A DNA stretch of 34,243 nt from Candidatus Natronoplasma sp. (GTDB taxonomy: Archaea > Thermoplasmatota > Thermoplasmata > Halarchaeoplasmatales > Halarchaeoplasmataceae): assembly GCA_048621055.1 (NCBI GenBank), contig JBMCXO010000003.1, positions 1-34,243 on the forward strand. The letters are read 5' to 3'. Shown here one piece after another: positions 28,121 through 34,243 of this stretch (position 1 is the first letter of the stretch; each line of letters begins with the position of its first letter). The translations under genes and the position numbers were made by a program. Under the pieces are notes generated by a model, which saw only the letters and a program-made list of their open reading frames with translations, ran no database searches and was not told where the DNA came from.

Positions 28121-29159
28121 CTTCCGCATAATCCACGTAGATATCCACGACTTTTACTAGTTCCGGAAGATCGATGTATTCATCGGGTTGATGAGCCACA
28201 TCTACTCTTCCAGGGCCGAATATGATGGTATTTTCGTTGTTCTTGCAAAACCTCACCATCTCGGTTCCATAAGGTACAGACCATTTCTCAGCATCCGCAA
28301 CTTCTATCAGCGTCTGAACTGAATCCTTATCTTCATCGAGTTTGACGGATTCTAGAAATTGTATCTCTTCCAGTTCAAAATCTTCGTCTATCGGATCGAA
28401 TAGATACCTTTCTAATATCTCTCTGTTGAAGTGATCCGGAAATCTGACGTCGACTTCAGCACTGCATGAATCGGGTATAACATTGGTAGCTTCCCCTCCT
28501 TCGATAACATCTACGCAGCAGCTTATCTCGTCTTCGCCTGCGGGTATGTTATTCTTCATGCTGAGACGTTTCAGGATAGGGAGCATCTTCACGATAGCGT
28601 TCTCACCTTTTTCTGGCATGCTGGCATGGGCATTTTTGCCCCTAGTTATAACTTCGAATTGATAGACCCCTTTTTCTTGATTGACCACTCTCATATCTGT
28701 AGGTTCACATACAAGAACTACTGGCGCTTCAATGACTTCGGGTCTGTCCGAAACATGTTTAGCTCCATTCATGGTGTTCTCTTCGTCGGTAGTGAATATT
28801 ATCGAGAACGGGATGTCCTTATTGAGAAGCTCTTTCGCAGTAGCTATTATAGATATGCAGGGACCTTTCATATCTAAAGTTCCGCGTCCGTACATCTTAT
28901 CATCGACGATATCCCCCTGCTCGTGTTCCCACCCATCTCCTATCGGTACGGTGTCGAGATGTCCTGAAAAACACACTCCTCCTTCTCCGTGAGAGGCAAC
29001 TATAACTGGATTGAAATCATCTCCCTCTATCACTTCATGATCTAGCTCTATATCGTCGAGCAGAGCTGTGGTGAATTCGATTATCTCCTCCATGGGTCCT
29101 TCACTCTTACTCTCGATCTTTACCATCTTGCGCAGATTTTCTTCTATAAAATCTCTCAT
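28101..29159 (-). CDS. M20 family metallopeptidase/deacylase (ArgE/DapE-like)
   Basis: SGHLDTVP, GRGTLDMKG, TTDEE, CEPT, GKNAHAS.P and AHQPDE motifs. Confidence 0.9.
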   Translation of the reverse strand: MRDFIEENLRKMVKIESKSEGPMEEIIEFTTALLDDIELDHEVIEGDDFNPVIVASHGEGGVCFSGHLDTVPIGDGWEHEQGDIVDDKMYGRGTLDMKGPCISIIATAKELLNKDIPFSIIFTTDEENTMNGAKHVSDRPEVIEAPVVLVCEPTDMRVVNQEKGVYQFEVITRGKNAHASMPEKGENAIVKMLPILKRLSMKNNIPAGEDEISCCVDVIEGGEATNVIPDSCSAEVDVRFPDHFNREILERYLFDPIDEDFELEEIQFLESVKLDEDKDSVQTLIEVADAEKWSVPYGTEMVRFCKNNENTIIFGPGRVDVAHQPDEYIDLPELVKVVDIYVDYAEAMVDSG

Positions 29160-29175
29160 TCTAACATCTCCTATT

Positions 29176-29571
29176 TTATATCAAAACTACCGCTAAGTAA
29201 ATAGCGGCTAGTATCAGAGCTATCAATAATCCCAGATACATCATCTTTTTAGCGACGCTTTTGTCTTTACCAAAAATGATCGGTATAGGGCCAACAAAGA
29301 TGACGCCGCCGTAGCTGGATTCTTCATGTGCTTTTGTTCTCTCTCTTTTAATTTCTTTCCATTCAATAGAATGTCCTAGAAAAAGAAAGAACATTATGAA
29401 GGAGAAAAAGATAAGCAAGATACCTAGAGCTAGATAAGCACCGGTACCATAGATGATAGGTACGATGAACAGGAGCCCTATCTTTGCTTCGCCTTCCATG
29501 ATACTGAATATCACCAGAAATATACCAGCCAAGAGGACGCTGATCGGGATCATGTTCCTTTTATCCATCAC
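29176..29571 (-). CDS. DUF131 / TIGR00304-family archaeal membrane protein
   Basis: GGVIFVGPIPIIFG motif and TM helices. Confidence 0.85.
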   Translation of the reverse strand: MMDKRNMIPISVLLAGIFLVIFSIMEGEAKIGLLFIVPIIYGTGAYLALGILLIFFSFIMFFLFLGHSIEWKEIKRERTKAHEESSYGGVIFVGPIPIIFGKDKSVAKKMMYLGLLIALILAAIYLAVVLI

Positions 29572-29651
29572 AGACTCTATAGATTGACTCTTTTAATAAT
29601 TTGTTCATCATCTTCGAAAAGATAATTTAGGCCCCCTTAGTTAAGAAAAAT

Positions 29652-31262
29652 ATGAATTTTGATCCATTAGAATATCCGTATCCGTCTAGACGTTCGGTAA
29701 CCTATGCTAGAAATGGTATGGTAGCTACTTCTCAGCCGCTTGCTGCTCAGGCAGGATTGGATATATTGAAGAAAGGCGGAAATGCGGTGGATGCAGCTAT
29801 CGCTACAGCTGCTAGTTTGACCGTATTAGAACCTACTTCTAACGGCATCGGTGGAGACGGTTTTGCCATAGTATGGAAGGACGGGGAGATGCATGGTCTA
29901 AATTCTAGTGGTCCTTCTCCAAAAGATATCGATATAGGAACGGTTAAGGAAAAAGGTCATGAAGAGATGCCCAAGTTCGGCTGGATGCCGGTGACAGTTC
30001 CCGGAATACCTGGAGCATGGTCTTCTCTATCACAAAAGTTCGGAGAATTACCGTTTGAAGAGGTTCTGAAGCCTGCGGTGAAGTATGCTGATGAGGGCTA
30101 TCCTGTATCTCCTATACTGGGCAAGTATTGGAAAGGTGCGTACAGAACTTACAAAAAAGAGTTAGAGGGAAAAGAAAGATTTCAGAACTGGTTCGATACA
30201 TTCGCACCTAAAGGAAGAGCGCCGGAGATCGGCGAAATGTGGAAGTCAGAAGATCACGCTGAGACTCTGATAGAGATAGGGAAGACTGGAGCGGAGTCAT
30301 TCTATGAAGGAAAGATAGCGGAGAAGATAGTTGAATTTTCCAAAGATACAGGTGGCTATATCCGTGAAAAAGACCTAGCAGATTTCTCGCCAGAGTGGGT
30401 GGATCCTTTGAATATAGAATATCAGGGACACGAGGTCTGGGAATTACCTCCAAATGGTCAGGGGTTGATCGCACTGCAGGCGCTTAACATATTGAAAGGA
30501 TTCGATTTCGACCACAAAGACTCTATAGAGACTTACCACAAACAGATCGAGGCCTTGAAGCTCGCCTTTTTAGATGGAAAGAAGGTCATAACGGATCCGG
30601 ATCACATGGATGTGAAACCAAAGGATCTACTGTCTGAAGATTATGCGGCGGAAAGAAGAGAGTTGATCGGTGAAAAAGCGATAGAGCCGGAACCCGGCAG
30701 GCTAGCTGAAGGCGGAACTGTGTACTTGGCCACCGCTGATAAAGATGGAAATATGGTATCATATATACAGAGTAATTACATGGGCTTCGGTTCTGGATTG
30801 GTTGTTCCCGGAACTGGAATAGCATTACAGAATCGAGGTAATACTTTTTCACTTGATCTAGATCATGCAAATTGTTTAGAACCAGGTAAAAGGACATATC
30901 ACACTATAATCCCTGGATTCCTCACCCGGGAAGGAGATGCTGTCGGTCCTTTCGGTGTGATGGGAGGCTACATGCAGCCTCAAGGACATCTTCAGGTGAT
31001 GATGAACGCTCTAGACTTTGATCTGAATCCTCAGGCGGCTATTGATGCGCCGAGATGGAGATGGGATGAAGGGAAGAAAATATATCTGGAGAAAAAGTTC
31101 CCGCATCATATCGGCAAGGGACTATCTAGAAAAGGACACGAGATCAATTATTCTTTACACTCAGGAAGCTACGGTAGGGGACAGATGATCTGGAAGTTGG
31201 ATGACGGCGTCTATGCTGGAGGTACAGAACCTCGAACAGACGGTCATGTCGCTTCGTGGTAA
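29652..31262 (+). CDS. ggt: Gamma-glutamyltransferase family protein
   Basis: GMVATSQPLA, GGNAVDAAIA, GIGGD, GG|TVYL (Thr nucleophile), LQNRG, HTIIPG and GVMGGYMQPQGH motifs. Confidence 0.95.
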   Translation: MNFDPLEYPYPSRRSVTYARNGMVATSQPLAAQAGLDILKKGGNAVDAAIATAASLTVLEPTSNGIGGDGFAIVWKDGEMHGLNSSGPSPKDIDIGTVKEKGHEEMPKFGWMPVTVPGIPGAWSSLSQKFGELPFEEVLKPAVKYADEGYPVSPILGKYWKGAYRTYKKELEGKERFQNWFDTFAPKGRAPEIGEMWKSEDHAETLIEIGKTGAESFYEGKIAEKIVEFSKDTGGYIREKDLADFSPEWVDPLNIEYQGHEVWELPPNGQGLIALQALNILKGFDFDHKDSIETYHKQIEALKLAFLDGKKVITDPDHMDVKPKDLLSEDYAAERRELIGEKAIEPEPGRLAEGGTVYLATADKDGNMVSYIQSNYMGFGSGLVVPGTGIALQNRGNTFSLDLDHANCLEPGKRTYHTIIPGFLTREGDAVGPFGVMGGYMQPQGHLQVMMNALDFDLNPQAAIDAPRWRWDEGKKIYLEKKFPHHIGKGLSRKGHEINYSLHSGSYGRGQMIWKLDDGVYAGGTEPRTDGHVASW

Positions 31263-31269
31263 AAGCCAA

Positions 31270-31285
31270 AAAACTGTTATATACC
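31270..31285 (+). promoter_or_regulatory. TATA promoter for tRNA-Ala
   Basis: AAAACTGTTATATACC upstream of the tRNA leader. Confidence 0.55.
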
Positions 31286-31323
31286 CCACTATTTCCTCTT
31301 TTACTGATTGGCCTAACTAATTC

Positions 31324-31405
31324 TTGGGCCCATAGATAGTTTCGGAGAACGTCTCCAAATATCTATGCACCCAAAACTCGAGAAATTCGTTTTGGGCCCA
31401 TAGAT
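31324..31405. repeat. Direct + inverted + direct copies of the tRNA-Ala 5' end
   Basis: TTGGGCCCATAGAT at 31324-31337 and 31392-31405, with an inverted copy ATCTATGCACCCAA(AAC) at 31361-31377. Confidence 0.85.
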
Positions 31406-31491
31406 CAGTCTGGCAGATCGCCACCTTCGCATCCAGCTTTTACTGCTGGCGAGACAGGTGGAGGCCGCGGGTTCAAATCCCGCTGGGTCCA
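31394..31491 (+). tRNA. tRNA-Ala(CGC) with 24-nt intron at position 37/38 (31432-31455)
   Basis: Acceptor GGGCCCA/TGGGTCC with G3:U70, D-stem GATC/GATC, anticodon stem CCACC/GGTGG, anticodon CGC, T-arm GCGGG-TTCAAAT-CCCGC and discriminator A. Perfect BHB (central helix TTCG/CGAG, bulges CA|T and AC|A, intron helix CCAGC/GCTGG). CCA is not encoded. Confidence 0.96.
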
Positions 31492-31589
31492 TCATCAATA
31501 CACTTCAAGATAGTCCTTAACCTCTGAGAATTTTCAGAAATAAGAAATTGAGAGGAAAGGTGTTTTTACATGTTGGTATTTTTGTTTCT

Positions 31590-34082
31590 CTATAGTTCAT
31601 TTTCAGTCTCTTCCTCTGATTCCTCTAGTTCTTCCTCGAACAGATCTTCTTCTGGTTCTTCTTCACCGTATTCTTCTTCCATAGTCATCTCTTCTTCCTC
31701 TACTTCTTCCGTCCCTTTTTCGGTTTCTTTTCCGCCCTTCATCATCATATATCCTATTATAGCCAAGGTTATCGCTATAATCACGATTACTCCTATTATC
31801 ATCATGTTTGTTCCCTCGTCTTCATCTTCCTCTCCTGCCATTTGATTTTCGAAAAATATCTCCCTATCTTCATTGTAGCTCTCTAGTTCATCTTCGCTCA
31901 AAGGCTCAGAGATAAAATAACCCAGAGGCTCGATAACGAGACCGCCGTACATAAAATAGTCCCATCTGTAAATCCCATTAGATTGGTGTATTCCCCAAGG
32001 GTTCTCCATGAGAATTTTTCCCAGTATTTCATCAGTTACATTCTCCCTCCATGCATCCCAATCCTCTTCGGGCTGTGGTTTTTGACGGATTACACTTTCT
32101 ACTAAACCTTCCAAATACCGTTGACTATTGGTTAAATTGGCTCTTTTTAGTTCGGTTCCTAGAAAAGAACCGATTCCGGGTAGTTTCATTGGATCCATGT
32201 ATTGATATCTGTAAAGCTTTTCTGTTGAAAGGTCGTCTCTTTGACAGTTTGTTGAAAAAGCGAGCGGGCCAGGATTGGCATAAACGATTTTATCACTTAA
32301 ACTCCCCATGGATTGGTCTAGGGCTTCATCTAGGGTTAAATAATATCCTATATTACCTGCACCGACTAGAGGGCTAAATACTTCCGCTCTACCATGGGTT
32401 AATGAACCATTAAGAAGATTACAGGTTCCAGATATATCCTTTGATATCTCGCCCTCTGTCGTTTTTTCATCGTCAAGATGGTCGCTCTCTTGGTTTAATG
32501 TTCCCTTTGCATCTATACTGCCGGTATAATTGAATTGAGTGTATGGCGGTATTGGTGTGATAGGAGTTGCGTTTTCTCTTAATAGGATCCAACTATTTTT
32601 TTCTGTGTAATCCAATGTGAGATCGATCTTCCATTCGATATCTAAGTGCTTAGAAACTTCCCAGTGAGTTTCATTTTCTTTGAAATTGAATCTGAATGAA
32701 TTATCAAGAACGGCGCTCACTCTCCCCTCAGATTGGATAGTTTGTTTGACGATTGTAAGCCCTTCGTAACCAGAATTTGAAATCTCTTCCGCCCAGATCT
32801 CACCCGAAAAATCGAACCAGCTCTCATTCATCTCTATTTTCAAATGTGAGGTTGTATCACCATCTTCTAAAACCATGTCTACTTCGCCTTTAGAATAAAA
32901 TCCTCCTTCGTATTCGTACACCCGTTCGCCGTCGTCTTCCTCCGATAGGGTTAAATCGTAGAGGAAAACATCTCCTCCTTCCATCTTGTTGATGTTGACA
33001 GAATCCATATTTACTCTATCTTCAAAATTATCTTCTGACAGGCTAGAATAGTTCATCACCCATTTGTAAGACATGTCACCCATTTCTGTCTCTTCATAAG
33101 GTAAGTGAACTATCTCTTCTAACGACATCGATTCGAATCTAGGATGTAAGTTTCGTTTGCGCGGACTGTCCACCAGATAATGGAAATTATCGTTATTTAT
33201 TGCTACAATTCTGTAATATAGAATATCTCCCTCCTTTATCTCTTGATGGGATGCTTCCCCATCAAACTCGTCTATATAATCGGTCCGATCTGCGCTGACG
33301 TTTCCTATATATTCATAGCCATAAAGAGATGTTGCCCTGTAGACGTCATACTGCATTATTCCACTTTCACCCTCATCCTCGGGTTCATCCCATTCTAATT
33401 TCACTTTTCCATCTTCATATTCGCCTTCTAAATTTCTAGGTTCTGATGCCGATGATCTGCTCAATATTGATAACTTTGTTTCATTTTCACCGAAGTTCAT
33501 CTCTATATCTTCTCCATCTACACTAACTTTGATCTCGTACTCTCCTTTAAGAGGATCAGGATCTACCAAAACGTCCTCATCTATTTCTCCGAAAAGAACT
33601 TTAGTTGGGTCTGCCATATCACCTAGACCGGGATCTGTCCAATCCTCTCCTTGTTTACGCAAAATAGAGCGCATCTTTTCATAAATATTCTCTCGAATAG
33701 CCATATTATGTCTAATCGAGATGGTCTCATCGATGCGATCGGTTTGATTTCTCTCTTGGTCAATTAATCTAATATTTTCACCGTCTGGTCTGTTTACGGT
33801 TAACCCGTAATTTTGATAAGAAGTACATGTTCCATTTAGAAACATGACTAAATTTTCAGGAACTATATCATAGTCCATCATATAAGTATAATTAAAAGTA
33901 AGCCTATAGATGTCTTCATAGATCGGACGTTCAGTTTCGTCATCGGGTTCATAGAATTCCTCAAAAGGTGCTAGAGAGGGGGAATCAGAACTCTCTCCGG
34001 AACTTCCCAAAAAAACGGGAACAATAGTAGAAATAAGTAATACTATCACCACAAAACCAGCTACATAATCCCGGATATGCAT
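31590..34082 (-). CDS. Large membrane-anchored surface protein with FN3 domain and acidic C-terminal tail; function unknown
   Basis: N-terminal signal/TM, FN3 motif (SEPRNL...VKLEWDEP....YDVYR...YYRIVAIN), multiple N-x-S/T sequons, C-terminal TM and Glu-rich tail. Confidence 0.8.
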   Translation of the reverse strand: MHIRDYVAGFVVIVLLISTIVPVFLGSSGESSDSPSLAPFEEFYEPDDETERPIYEDIYRLTFNYTYMMDYDIVPENLVMFLNGTCTSYQNYGLTVNRPDGENIRLIDQERNQTDRIDETISIRHNMAIRENIYEKMRSILRKQGEDWTDPGLGDMADPTKVLFGEIDEDVLVDPDPLKGEYEIKVSVDGEDIEMNFGENETKLSILSRSSASEPRNLEGEYEDGKVKLEWDEPEDEGESGIMQYDVYRATSLYGYEYIGNVSADRTDYIDEFDGEASHQEIKEGDILYYRIVAINNDNFHYLVDSPRKRNLHPRFESMSLEEIVHLPYEETEMGDMSYKWVMNYSSLSEDNFEDRVNMDSVNINKMEGGDVFLYDLTLSEEDDGERVYEYEGGFYSKGEVDMVLEDGDTTSHLKIEMNESWFDFSGEIWAEEISNSGYEGLTIVKQTIQSEGRVSAVLDNSFRFNFKENETHWEVSKHLDIEWKIDLTLDYTEKNSWILLRENATPITPIPPYTQFNYTGSIDAKGTLNQESDHLDDEKTTEGEISKDISGTCNLLNGSLTHGRAEVFSPLVGAGNIGYYLTLDEALDQSMGSLSDKIVYANPGPLAFSTNCQRDDLSTEKLYRYQYMDPMKLPGIGSFLGTELKRANLTNSQRYLEGLVESVIRQKPQPEEDWDAWRENVTDEILGKILMENPWGIHQSNGIYRWDYFMYGGLVIEPLGYFISEPLSEDELESYNEDREIFFENQMAGEEDEDEGTNMMIIGVIVIIAITLAIIGYMMMKGGKETEKGTEEVEEEEMTMEEEYGEEEPEEDLFEEELEESEEETENEL

Positions 34083-34227
34083 ACTCGTCTCCTCTCAAAT
34101 TTTAAACGAATTGTATTCTATTTATATTTTATGCGCTACGGGCTTAGGAGAAAACCTCATGATATTTTTTCATATGTAAATGAACAGCTAGTAGAAGCTT
34201 TTTCCTCAGCACTGAGCAGTTAAACAG

Positions 34228-34243
34228 GAAAAGTTTATTTACC
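34228..34243 (+). promoter_or_regulatory. Probable BRE/TATA for a gene beyond the window edge
   Basis: GAAAAGTTTATTTACC has the same pattern as other promoters in the window. Confidence 0.4.

Noticed and set aside
31326-31393. Second intron, or split/permuted tRNA half, starting at the upstream GGGCCCATAGAT
   Set aside because: I could not form a convincing BHB at the putative junctions, and the downstream gene is already complete.
31313-31498. 61-aa minus-strand ORF
   Set aside because: Antisense shadow of the tRNA gene (DPAGFEPA is the reverse complement of the T-arm).
31492-34243. tRNA-integrated island or provirus downstream of tRNA-Ala
   Set aside because: No integrase and no duplicated tRNA 3' end in the window; it cannot be excluded beyond the edge.

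Overview
Gene-dense window from an archaeal chromosome. It carries archaeal informational genes (priL, rpl40e, an AK6-type adenylate kinase and an intron-containing tRNA-Ala with a perfect bulge-helix-bulge). The proteins are strongly D/E-rich and an AsnRS is present, which together suggest a halophilic Thermoplasmata-like organism (inference). Most genes are housekeeping or peptide-catabolism genes: the C-terminal part of an S8 protease, pncB, xseAB, eno, rpiA, aor, topA, an S9 peptidase, vapBC, an OYE, pyrF, an ABC-2 exporter, asnS, an M20 peptidase and ggt. The most unusual features are outside the supplied ORF track. (1) A ~270-bp fold-back element between aor and rpl40e has long imperfect terminal inverted repeats enclosing an array of GGAATT...AATTCC hairpins, with probable degenerate relatives at ~10.9 kb and ~34.15 kb. 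(2) A sense/antisense/sense triplication of the tRNA-Ala 5' end in the tRNA leader allows two mutually exclusive hairpins. (3) An unannotated 34-aa six-cysteine zinc-ribbon microprotein lies upstream of topA. Several surface and membrane proteins also show in-frame domain insertions or domain shuffling. No CRISPR array, rRNA, transposase or integrase was seen.
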